Source of the DNA: Tubulanus polymorphus
Lineage: Eukaryota > Animalia > Nemertea
Length of the DNA: 64,000 nt
Assembly (NCBI RefSeq): GCF_964204645.1
Contig: NC_134028.1
Span: forward strand, 19,537,653-19,601,652
Direction of reading: 5' to 3'
The notes below the pieces were generated by a model, which saw only the letters and a program-made list of their open reading frames with translations, ran no database searches and had not been told where the DNA came from. The translations under genes were made by a program, and so were the position numbers. Positions 13,488 through 25,879 of this stretch are shown piece after piece (the first letter of the stretch is position 1; every line of letters begins with the position of its first letter).

Positions 13488-14033
13488 AACTTTATTTGAA
13501 TGAGAAAAATTAAATGGAAGAACCTAAACAAAAGAAGAAACCAATAGTGATTTCGAGTTTGATGATATTGATCCATTTTAATAACCATAAAGTAATGTTT
13601 TTATACCACCATCTGAAATATGTCTATTATCATCAAATGGATTTAAACTAGTTTTTTCAACTTCATTAATGTACATCTCGTGATCTTCTGATCTTAGACA
13701 ATTCATTTTATGTATCATTACAATTGGGTTATATAAACACTTTATATAATCTTGAAATTCTATGTGTTTATCAACTACATGTTCTGTTACTCCTTTTAAT
13801 TTTTTAGCTTCATGATCTTTTGTTCTGTAACTATACATTTTACTTCTTATCCCAACAAATTCAATCATTTCATCACCCCCTAATTCATCTCAAAATTTAC
13901 CAGGAATCTTTTTATTATCATTGCTAAATAGTTCATGATCTTTGTGATAATTGCTAAAATCAAAATGATGTTTTAATGTTTTTAAGTCTTTTGTTATGTC
14001 ATTTGTCTTGATTTTTAGTATGTACGCATCCGT

Positions 14034-15099
14034 ATTGACCGCTATTAATGGAAATCCACAGTTAAATGTACCATCTTCAATTGATAAATCATAAACATAA
14101 TCTGTTGGGTTATATATTTCAAATAAATCTTTAACTTCTTCTGTTAACTCATTTTCTACATGGCTTAAATTAAAGGAATTTGGTTTAGATTTAATCAATC
14201 CAATATTCATATTAAAACCTAAAGAATTGCATAATATATTCAATCCTGATATAAGCAACTTTTCCTTTTTGAGCTAAAGATATCGTTTTGCGGGTTTTGA
14301 AACTTTTTGAACCATCTGCAGCATAGAACCCAATGAAGAACCATTTTCTTAAATTATCTTTTGCATTTAATACATAATCTGGAAGTATCTTTTCTTTTGT
14401 TGAAGTATTACTTTTCACTATTGCATGAATATAGAATTCATCATTATATTTTATAGCAAAATCTTTAGGATTATTTACAAGTATTCTATAAACTGCTGAT
14501 GATTTCATAACATCCATGATTCTAAATGTTTTATGTGAATAAACTTCTTCACAGAATGTCTTAATTCTTTCTAATAATTTCAAGTCTTGATTGCATAAAT
14601 ACCAACAATATTTATTCCCCCAAACATAATTATACACACCTGCTGAACCATCACCCATAAAAAATCCTTTAATAAAATATTCTTTTTCTTCTAATGTTTC
14701 AGGTTCTATATTATAAATATTTTCAATTATTTCATCAAATGACATATGATTCATTCTTTGGAAAAATCTTTTATGTAATAATTCATCTCCAATTTTTATA
14801 TCAGTTGGTTTTATTTCATCGCCATTTCGTTTAATTAAACTATGATCTTCAGTAACATCTACAAACCCTAATTTAGTTCTAACTCTATAGATTTTCTTAT
14901 TTGTTTTATGCCTAATAATATTCTTTAATTTTTTCCATCCATTTCTTGTACAAACATCTATTAATTCATTTATTTGTATTAATTCTTTTTCACCATACGA
15001 AATATAACATTCATTTTGTTTTGGAATTATTTCTGAAATTCTTCTAATTAATATTTGGTTATTGAATTTTAATAATATTGGGGTGTCTGCTGTAACAGA
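14034..15099 (-). mobile_element. Intein with LAGLIDADG homing endonuclease in pPolB motif C (~355 aa, one +1 frameshift at ~14253)
   Basis: Block A SVTADTPILL, block B DVTEDHSL, LAGLIDADG blocks FIKGFFMGDGS and FFIGFYAADGS, block F YVYDLSIEDGTF, terminal N followed by T. Excision restores LYFD-TDAY. Confidence 0.93.
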
Positions 15100-15684
15100 A
15101 TCAAAATATAAGATTTCTATATGTTTTTCCCCAAAAAGTGGTTGTAAAACATTATAATAAAAGTCATACATTAATAATTTTGATACTTCTAAAACAGTTG
15201 AACCAATGAATATAGGTTTATTAAATTTCATTGACGTTCTTTTTAATTTAACTGCTGTTAAATAATCTTCAAATCTTTTATTTCCTAAATGTCTAGGACT
15301 TGATTGTTAATGTCTTAATCTTTCAGAATTATTTACTAATTCAATATCATTTCTATTTCTAATATTTTCACATGTTTTACCATAAAAACTATTATTCATT
15401 AATTTGAAGAAATCTTTTTCAAAATCTGTTTTTGATATGGTTCTCTGTTGAGTATTGAAATCTATATATTTTTCTAACCACTTCGATTGATTAAATTCAA
15501 TATATCTATGTACTTTCTTTAATTTCATTCCTTGTTTTAGATAAAATTTTAACATTCTATAATGAACGATATAATTGTATTTATTATTTTGAGTAAGTAT
15601 TAATTTTTCTGTAAAAACATGATCTTTCGGTTTTATTTTCTTCTGGTATTCACTTAAATAACTATCATCTACGGTTAAATGTTC

Positions 15685-18332
15685 CGGTTCCTGAACTTCG
15701 CTGAAAAAGCTGAAACACTGAATCGCTGAAATAAAAACGCTGAAATTTCAGGGAATTTCCGAAAAACGCCGAAATTTCAGGGAATTCCCGAAAAACGCTG
15801 AAATCGTGCTAGGTACCGACAATACACGTTTTGAAATAATATCCGGGCCGGTATCCGCTGCCGAGTCCTGAACCGTCTTTTAGTCTCCACCTTCGGTTAC
15901 AGAGACATGCATGGGCAGTATGTGTGGAGTATACTTCTAGAGGGCCACTTGTTGAACAAATTAATTCGCTTGAAATCCGGATTTTTAATGCATAAAGGCA
16001 GCATGATGAGGAAAACCCATTCACAAACCGTGCAAGCCAACTTAAACACTATGCTCAATATTCCAAGAATATGGTTTACTTCTATCGTTCATGTATAAAA
16101 CAGGATTATAAGCAACTTTTCTTTTGTCAACACGTTGATGGGCGACGGACTATGGTATTCTCTGAAGGAGGTAAATTAAATTTGACAGCTAGTTATATAA
16201 ATGATGCAGCTTTTGGACAAAAGGGATCTAACTAAATTTCTTTTTAATTCACCGTGGAATGGAATGGATTGACGCCAATGACATGCAGTAGGCCCCTACT
16301 TATAGGTCATACTAATTAGCGTCAACCAATTAATCTAAATCGGGCAAACCATTCAACAACTGTAATTTATTTGTTGTGTTGTGATAATAATAGGTTTTTT
16401 TTTTTTAAATGACATACCAACTGTTAGAAAAATGTACCGATTCTTATTTTTAGACTACTACGGTATCTATAAAAGGAGGAGTCATAGATAAAGTTGATTT
16501 GCTCAGCTGGACACACTTCTTGTCAAGTACATCATCTCAAGTATTGGGTGTTTTGTAAGTTTGATTTCAGTATTTATTTACTAAGTGCTGTTCCCTCGGA
16601 CCTCAGTGCTTTCAAACTAGGCCCACCCCATAGGCTATATCTCCAGAGTGTGTTAGCCACTATTCTTTTATTTCCTACTTTAAATGCACTTTTTTTCTAT
16701 TTTTAGACTCGGGCTAAGAATGTGCAAATTTGAGATACTGAGAAATCAGATGGCACTAGTTAACTTGAACTGCGAAATTTGCAGCAGGATAGCTGAACGA
16801 CACAATTTTTAAAAACAAAATGGCTATTCGAATGCTATTTCAGTAATAACTTGATTCAACCAGAGAGAAATAAGTCAATTGGGGATGTACAGTACACCCA
16901 CTTTACTTCCCCGTTTTCCTGGTACCAAATTTTTTATCTTAAGCTAAGCAATATTCTAAGGTATGCTAGTGAATTTCATTAGAATATAAAGCAATGGAAC
17001 CAGAATTTTAAGCCCGAGTTAAGCGAACTATTGATTCTGATATAATGTAAGAACTGATTTCTTTTGTGTATTCTTATAATGTGTTAAGTATTATTTTAAG
17101 CTGTTAAATAATATAATTAGACAAACGTCAAATTATTGGATCTTTCTTGTTGACTCATTTAATTTTGTGAGTTTAGAGTTCCAGTCAATCCACAATGTGC
17201 AGTGCCTAGCCTTCATCTAGTACTAAAGCCAAGCCTGTGTATGGGAAAACGTTGTTCGACTCTCATAAGCCAGACAAATAAAAACTTGCAATACATTGCA
17301 GATAGTAGTCTCCAGCAAGTAGACAGAGAAAGTAAACCAGGTTTTACCCCGTACCCTACCCGGCATCTTCACCTGTCAAGGGATTCGAACCCACTACACT
17401 AAAGCTGTTCTCCGAACCGCTTGACCTCGAGTCGTTACTAGCCGACCAGAATCAGGTCGGGCCAATCACAGCGCTTGTTACAAACGACATTTGGCATCTA
17501 TGGAATTTCCCGGTAAATGGACCAATCAGCGAACACGTAGCGAAAACGGAAGTATTGTCGCGTGTTGATATATGACGTCATTCGCAAAAACGCCGGTAAT
17601 GAAATCGCGCGTCGTGAGGCCAGGTGGAAGCGAGTTTGGGAGCGATACTGGTCTCCTGGCAAGCGAGGATGCCTACCCGGGAACGAAAGACACTCCAAGA
17701 CTCCTTCCTTGAAGAGATTGTAGAAATATGGCACCCAATCGTAGTAATGCTAAGTACAGTATACTATGACGGTTGAACCTTTATTCACACCAAAATAGAA
17801 TCAAAGTAGTCATAAGTTCCATGATAGCACTTAATTTGGGTTATCAGGTTCAGCCTTACTAGCTGTACTTTCATTCAGCTACTACTTTTGTATGAGACTT
17901 GGCAATGATAAGTTGGAAGAAATCACCAAATATAAGAAAAAATATTGAGAATAAATATTACTGTAATTAAGAATTTATTCAAATGAAGTGATAATTTCAT
18001 TGTTAGATCGTACCGGTATATGCGCATAAAACAAAAAACACATCTAACAATCCACGCAATCCGCAATCGATCAAGTCGAACATGACGACGACCTCAAGGC
18101 ATGTCTCTGTAACCGAAGGTAGAGTCTAAAAGACGGTTCAGGACTCGGCAGCGGACACCGGCCCGGAAATAATTTCAAAACGTGTATTGTCGGTACCTAG
18201 CACGATTTCAGCGTTTTTCGGGAATTCCCTGAAATTTCGGCGTTTTTCGGAAATTCCCTGAAATTTCAGCGTTTTTATTTCAGCGTTTCAGCTTTTCAGT
18301 GTTTCAGCTTTTTCAGCGAAGTTCAGGAACCG
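15685..18332. mobile_element. Non-autonomous DNA transposon (Mutator-like) with ~225-bp TIRs and 9-bp TSD, inside pPolB
   Basis: Termini CGGTTCCTGAACTTCGCTG...CAGCGAAGTTCAGGAACCG. TSD TAAATGTTC at 15676-15684 and 18333-18341. No transposase ORF. Confidence 0.9.
17340..17443 (-). mobile_element. tRNA-derived SINE head
   Basis: B-box GGTTCGAATCCC on the minus strand, no complete cloverleaf. Loosely similar sequence at ~37975-38107. Confidence 0.45.
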
Positions 18333-20255
18333 TAAATGTTCTGGGTAACAATAAGGTAAGTTTCTTGTTTTAAACTTTATATTTTCAGGATATTCTAAAT
18401 CAACTACAAAGAAATAACCAATTGGTGCTTCATCTTTTAAACTCGCAATTGCGCTTTCCCAGTCAGTTTTATCATCATTTGTTAACTTCTGTTAATTTAA
18501 AATTTTTGTATGGTTGAGGTTGCATCATTGCCCAACCATATACATTATTAGCGTCAGTATATAATAACTTATATTCATCATTTGCTTTAAAATACCTATC
18601 TCCCATAACACCACTAATTCCACCTCTAATTGATTTTTCAAATAATAAAACCATGTCTGGTTCTTTTAATAAATCTAATTCTACATTTGTGTATTTTAAA
18701 CCACATTGCCAAGTTAAAACAGGACTAGAGTAGCAATAACAAGGATCAACATTAAAATGATTCAAATTAACTTCTCTAAATTTTTCAAATATGTCAGCCA
18801 ATATCATAACATCTGATTTTAAATATAAATCAACTAATTCACCATGATTTTTCATCTTAAAATGGTTCCAAATATTTAATGTTCTATTAAACACTTCATC
18901 TTTCACATACTCCTCTTTTAATTGATCATAAAATTGATCTTTTAATAATTTTGTTACATTAAAATCATCATGTGTTTTATAAAATGAATAAGGAATTGCG
19001 CCTTTATATCTCAATAATTTAAAATCTTGTTCATTTGGATAATAATATCGAGTTATAACAAAATCATTATCAACTAAACTTTTTGATAAATTATCTAATG
19101 AACTTGCTAGAAATCTATAAGAATCTAAAAATCTAATGCAACCAAATTGAAATGAAATATAATTTTCAGATGTCTTAGCTAATAGTTTAAAATCATATTT
19201 TCTTACATTTGTACCATTCATAACATTATATTCTTCTATTTCTTGATTAATTGCCCCTAATTTTCCCGATAATTGTTTTATAAATAGATGGGTATCATAG
19301 CCTGATAAATTATGAAATAATATTGGTACGAAATTAACTTTCTTAGCTTGTAAATTACAATCTTCATGAGCAGCTCCACGATATTTTGAATTTAAATGAT
19401 TATGATCTCTAACTTTTTTATCAAATGAATAAAAACGTTTTTCACAATAACAACAATGAGTTGCATAATTAAAATCAATTTCATCTTCTTTTGTCATAAC
19501 TATTCTTTTATTTTTGTTTAATAATTGCACAAAATCACTTTCTAATTCAATTATCTTGTTACAAAAATTATTAACTACATCTTCACCTCTAAAAGAAATA
19601 TATTGACTTTCATATAATTCAGGATAATTTTATTTTATGTAAATTCCATAAGCAGCAGCTCTTTGATGAACTTTTTTAATTGTATTTATAATTGGTGGGT
19701 CTTGTATTGTGTCTTAATTTAGTTCATTTCCTTTATCCATTGATTTTTGTTATATATTTCTTTTCTATCTTGATCAGTTAATTCTTTATTCAACGATTCA
19801 AAATCCCCATAAATTACAAATGGAACAATATTCTTAAATTCATGATTAGTAAATTCCAATTTATAATCTTTTTCTGTTGGCATTATTAATTTACAAAAAT
19901 CTTTATTATCACATAATTCTTTATGTTTTAGTAACGCATTCTCAGTTCTAAATTTAGATAAACATTTTCTACATAGATAAATTTTATGACTGTTAAAATC
20001 ACTTTCTGTTCTAAAGAATAAATCAATTTGTTTTAACCACATATATTGTTCATTTTCATCTTTTTTGTGATATAACAAATCTATAGCATTTTCATCATCA
20101 TAATATTCTGTTAAATATATAGCTTCCAATGTATAATCTTAAATATTTTCGCCTTTTGTCTTTGGTAATTGCATTAATTCGAATACATTAATTTTTAAAT
20201 CATTAATTTTTTCTATTTTGGGTATCATTTTTATAGTTACTGGATATTGATCGAT

Positions 20256-22277
20256 TGTAGCGGAAATTCGTTTCAATTCGTTCTGTTCTTTTTATTTTCC
20301 AGCTGCAGAGTCCTCCCCAGCTCAGTCTAAAATTCATATTAAATTCCTATTAAAACTTTGTATGATGTAAGATAAAACCTTATAATGTATTTGTAACTCT
20401 GAGACAAGAATGTTTAATGCTTTGGACTTCGGTCTGGTGGATTAGAAACTATTTTTATTTCTATCTTAATGAAATATTGTATGATTTAATCTGAATTCAA
20501 AAACTGTACCTAAAGACCTTTTCTATGTGTTCGGGTCACTCCCGGTTTGTATTTTTCGAGTTAATGTGCCTTAATCGATGTTCCCGTGCTTAAATCGATA
20601 TTTTTATGCTGTGCTCTGTGCCCGAGATGGCGCCACTATACGGTTCTTAATTATATTGTGTGCTCGGGGTGCTTTGTTTTAACCAATTAGATGGGGTTAC
20701 GTCATAATCTGGGCTCTATAAAAGGCAAAAATGTGCCCTATTAATTAGTCTCGGTGCACATTCTTAGGTGTGTATTACTAAGATTTTGAACTATGGGGGG
20801 GAGGGATTAATCTAATTTTCTTAGTAAGTCATACTTAGCACTGATTCTCTTTAAGTATTTCTTGGTCCTTATTCTCAAAGTTGTTTTTCTTCCAAGATGT
20901 TTTCGGAAAACCATCTTTCAGGGTTCAAGGAGGTTTTCTCCTTCGAATTATTCCCCGAAAGTATTCTTCTTTCCGATTTCCTCTCTTGGTTTTTCCCTCA
21001 ACTTTTGAGTTTTCGGAGTAGTGACCATCTCTTACATAAACATAATAGGAAGAATGATTAAATAAATACTTAACTGGAACTATGATTAAATATAGCGAAA
21101 ATTCTTATCTTTATTAAGAGCACTTAGAGTTACATCTTCTTTAGCGTAAAACGAGCGCAGGGTTTAAGTAACTATTGTTGAGTCGTAATGTTAGAATATC
21201 TGAAATCTTTATTCCTAATACTATTGAATTCTGGTGCGAGTCGTGCACTTGTATTAAGGGCAATATGCCCTTGTTAATCTCCTCCTTTGGTGGCCGGTTG
21301 GCCATCTTATCTACCTTAAATGTTGTAAATAAGAGATAACCTCGAGGTTGTGTATATATTGTTCATTGTTCGAATATTTCCAAGAAATAATAAATAGTAT
21401 TCAAGAGAATATTATCATATACATAAAATTCTAAATCTTTGCCTTTTTCCCTAAACTATTTTTGTGGTGTCGGATTTACTATCAATTGAGGAAAGGATTT
21501 TCTTGTGCATTTTTGGGATTCTGTGACACCATAAAATATTCTTGAAGAATCTTGTGGGTTGGAGAGTTTAGGGCATCATGTAAGTCTTCAAAAAGGGGAA
21601 GCATTGAGGGCACCCTCTAGTGGGAGAGGCCAAATATTGGTGAATGCTCCTCGTTTTATTTAGTTGGTATCTATTATTCTTTTTGAAGCTAAACGCCTGA
21701 TCAGGTCGGCTGTGGAGGCCGGAAATACTTGTAGCGCTGGACGCAGTCCTGTATTTCCTCCTCAGTCGGAGAGAAAGCTAGGGGATTTTTATTTTATTTG
21801 ACTCATTCATGATTCTTCTATTAATTCTTTTGGTCACAGTTTTTCATACATGCACACGCCTTTTTCATGGGTGATTTGTGAGGACATTCAGTCACCCGTG
21901 TTACCATTATGACTTATCACTGAGAATTAGGACTCCTTTAAGTATTCTCACTCACCAGAGGAAGACTTGACCTTATTTTTGCGCGTTAAATCTCATGGAG
22001 GAAAACAAGAGAATTTTCCCCTTCTAGCTTCTCTACCTCCCAGATGCTAGTGACGTGAGCGAACCCTAGAAGCGACGCCTATATGCAACTTTTTTCTTAA
22101 ATGTATAGGGTTATAGAAAGAGAGAGAGAGAGAGTTACCTGTATTCCCTCTTGGTCGAGGAAATTCCGAGAGTCGAGACCTTAGACTTGACATTATGAAT
22201 TTTAACGGAAACGGAAGTAGATTTTTGTAGTCACTTGCCAGAGCACGCTACCCCGAATCCCGGTATTCCGCTTCACA
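20256..22277. mobile_element. 2.0-kb non-coding insertion with TG...CA termini (solo-LTR-like) inside pPolB
   Basis: Termini TGTAGCGGAA...TTCCGCTTCACA, TATA-like CTATAAAAG at ~20716. Removal with one AT restores in-frame TLFKI-DQYPV. Confidence 0.75.
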
Positions 22278-25034
22278 ATTTTAAATAATGTTTCATATTT
22301 CCGGTAATTTGTTATTCTAAATCTATGCTTAATATCTTCTGTTGGATGTAAGCAACTAATAATTGACCATAGAAAACATTTATTATCTTCATTTTGAACA
22401 TTTATTACTGCTTTTGTTGAAAATTGTAATTTAATATAAGATGATGCTTTAATATCCTTTTCTGTTATAAAGTTTGTATCATTTTTAAACATTTTATTAC
22501 TTTTTGATGTTTTATTTCTTTTTGTATTATAAACATTTAAATCTAAATATATAATTTCATTTAATGATAAACCAGAACCCTCAAAATATCTTTCTTCAAT
22601 ATGACGTTTAAATTCATTAAATATTTTTTCTAACTTCTCTTTTATTTGTGTTTTTGAAATTATTTCTTCAGAGAGTGTTTGAATATTATAATCCATTTTT
22701 TCTTCTGACTTAATAAAACTTACTTTCCCAGAGATATTAATTTTTGGATATTCAACATCTGTTATCAAATCTAGTATATTTCTATTATTTCATTAAATTT
22801 ACTATAATCTTCTATTGTTGTACCTTTAAAAAATCTAAATGTAATAGCTACAGGACCAATTTTACTATGTAATGTTTCTAAAATTTCAATTGTATCTTTT
22901 ATTTCAAGAGTATCGATATAATTTCTAACATTTTCCATGTAGGGTTTATTTGAAATGGATTTAGTTTTTGAAGTTGGTTTTTTTACTTGTTGAGGTTTAT
23001 CATCGAAATAATCTTTTCCTAAAACATTATTACTCAAATTTTGATGGTGTTTTTGTGATTCGAGATGTGTATTATAATTCCTTTTTACTATAAATTCATT
23101 ACAAACTTCACATTTTATTTCATCCACATTCATATTTTCTAATCGTTCTTTTCTTTCATTGGAATTTTCTGAAGTTTCAAAATCTATAACCTTTTTTATA
23201 TGATTTGAAGATTTTTCATGTTCAGATTTATTAGATTTATCGATGTATTTTTTTACAATATGGACAATAATATTGATTTTTATTAACATTATTGTTTTCT
23301 GTCTGGTGTTCATTCTCCCCCATTTATAAGGAAAAAAATTACTTGTGGTGATGAGTGGGGATTACTTCCCCTTGTATACAACAAACACGCTATTAACCGT
23401 TCTCACCCAAGCCTCACAGCATCTATTTATCCGAGCACAGTTGACACGCAATCACTGTACTACAGTAATAGCACACGCGTTAATAACCGTTCTCAGTAGC
23501 GACTCACTGTATTGATCTATCCACGCGCAACTGTTGTTACGCGCACTCACTGTATATGCGTATCACAGAGCAATCGTCCGTTCTCACTAGCGCCTAGCTG
23601 TGATGACGAGTGTCTCGTCTGGTATGAAATGAGTTATTTCACTCACACTTTACTCACACTTTTATGTTTAAAAATCTAATTTTTATCAACTCGTTAATTA
23701 CTCGTTACTTTTATAATTAACATATAAATGATTTTAAAATATATGAAATTCATGTAAATAATGTTCATTTTTATGAGTTTCGCTACTAATTCAAGTAGAA
23801 ATTGCTATTATTTTCATGTTTTTCATTTTTACGAGCTCGTACCCTCGTACTCTGGGTTGAAAACGCCATCTTCTAATTACTATCAATGATAGGTCGCTCA
23901 AATTGCTCAGCAGTTATATCCGAACGAAAACAGGTGGCCGAAATCAACGGAACGACTCATCTTGGAATAAGTCGCTCTAGCTAAGGGAGTTACGCAAGGT
24001 GGTATCCTAAGTCCTCTTCTCTTCACTGTCGTTATTAATGATATACACAGTAATCCAAAATGTACCAGACCGAGTAAATTTCCAAAACGACCTAAACAAG
24101 CTGTGTTCCGTACATGGTCAGAAACATGGAAGATGGGCTTCAACCTAAAAGGCATGATACGGATATTGGATACAAAGAAAACCCAGATTCAGATTATACC
24201 CTTGTGTTCGAGAGAGAAGATTATTTTGTGCGAATTAAGATTACTCATTATAACAAAAGACCATTTAGTTCCATCAGAATTTTGTTGTTTGGAACGAAAA
24301 CGCTTCGATCGAACAATGTACTTGTTCGAACCAGGGAAGTGTGATGAGATGGAATACGGACGCTTTTAATTGCCGGATATAGGCTATTCAATTCAGCCCG
24401 TACATCAAAGGTTACCGCAACAGCAGTAAGGTACGCTTATCGAGTGTGTGTTACCAGCTGAACGCCAGTCAACATCAACTTTGATTCGGTCGCAGAACAA
24501 CCCGCAATAGTTTTAGCCCGATAAATGTTCTGCGATCGATACTACGCATGCGCACTGCAGTTCATTGAACAACGTGGAAGTGGCTGTGTATACACATATT
24601 TTTCTTTAGAAAATCGGTTGAAATTCAACAATTTCTCGTAAAATTTGTCCAAAAAGGTATGTATTTTTATTCTTCTATATCTCCGAAACCCGGTATCGGA
24701 ACATTAAGTATTTATATTGTGATTAAAGTCTGTTTTTATGTGTTAAACATATGTTTTTGCCAGTTCGTTCCGATTCCGGGTTTTAGCGTTATTTGGGCCT
24801 TGAAGATGTCAAATATTTCGGCCCAGACTCGCGCAGCTTTCGTTTCTGACTTCATGTTGCTATGTTACGACACAAACATATACACGAAGTATGATCTTTA
24901 AAATGTGTATTTACTACATAATAATGTTACTTAATAACGCTTACATTAGGCCTACAAATTATTGTCTCCCATATAAACCAAGTTGCCTAAATAGCATCAG
25001 CAATCTCATTTAATTAACCTTTTCTTGTTTTTAG

Positions 25035-25300
25035 TCATGGATCTTTGTCGATTGTGTGGAAAAATGCGAAACCTCCGGATCGTCGTCCTATCGATAAAAA
25101 TAATTTCAAAAGCCATGTGAAGGAGTTGTTCAACATTGATTTTGATGATGATAATGAACAGTACCCGATATATATCTGTAATATGTGTCGTGTCAAATTA
25201 CAAAAATGGCGTAAGAACAAAAACGTTAAAAAAACTGTCCCTGTGACTATCAAATTAAAACAATGGACATGTAAACCACTGGTTAATTCCAAGTCTGGAC
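25035..25300 (+). pseudogene. Exon remnant encoding a C2-C2 zinc domain (RAG1-N/Chapaev- or ZAD-like)
   Basis: Splice acceptor at 25034, then MDLCRLCGK/(frameshift)...KELFNIDFDDD...YPIYICNMCRVKL. Confidence 0.45.
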
Positions 25301-25879
25301 GGCAACGTATTTGTAGTCAAAATTTTATCGATCGATTTTCCATAATGTACTGCTGCCATTCCATTTGAACTGAATTTAAATACTCGATGGTTAATCACTT
25401 CAGTCATAGCCTTTTCCAAATATATACCGTTCCTGCGAAAATAATAATAATGATTATTATTTTAACATGTACTTATCTGGATTTTTTATATTATGTTTAT
25501 ATATTATTTTCTGTATTCGTTTATTATTTTATAACCTAAAAGGATTGTATTGATTATAAAAATAAATGTAAAAAATACCTGTATGTGTGTTTTCTCGTGA
25601 TCAGATCGCAGTCTCTGGTCAGCTGAGCCTGAGAAGTACCTATATGAAAAAGAAAAGGAAAGAATAAAGTGCCTGCAATTAGGTGGAAACTATTCCGATA
25701 TTTCATTGATTCAAAAGGAATAACACTCACTAGAATCGGCCGAATTAGTTGATCCTGATCCAGAGGATTCCCGTAATATTTCCGTATCGATCTGAACCAA
25801 TTCGTCACTATCAAAGAATAGATCGTCAAAATCGTCATCATTTATAATTTCGTCGACAACCGTTGCCATTTTAATACAG

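Larger units (their letters stand above)
13578..23323 (-). pseudogene. polB: Protein-primed family B DNA polymerase (pPolB), interrupted by an intein and two insertions
   Basis: N-terminal Zn fingers, then NEDNKCFLWS. Exonuclease motifs IYGDFES, FHNLSGYD, YLKSDV. EndoVII-like RDHNHL...HEDCN. Motif A YTDANNVYGWAM, motif B KLMNNSFYGKT, motif C YFD|TD, then GIRSKMY and KLKGV. Confidence 0.95.
4731..23600 (-). mobile_element. Polinton/Maverick-like endogenous DNA virus, copy 1 (decayed)
   Basis: AT-rich intronless gene array with ATPase, rve integrase, capsid genes and protein-primed PolB. Many stops and frameshifts. Right boundary approximate. Confidence 0.92.

Noticed and set aside
17370-17443. 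tRNA gene (also ~37330-37430)
   Set aside because: Only A/B-box-like motifs without a full cloverleaf, so better explained as SINE heads.
19340-19465. EndoVII/HNH-like motif in pPolB as a second mobile endonuclease
   Set aside because: This domain is a regular feature of this pPolB group, and no intein or intron boundaries are present.
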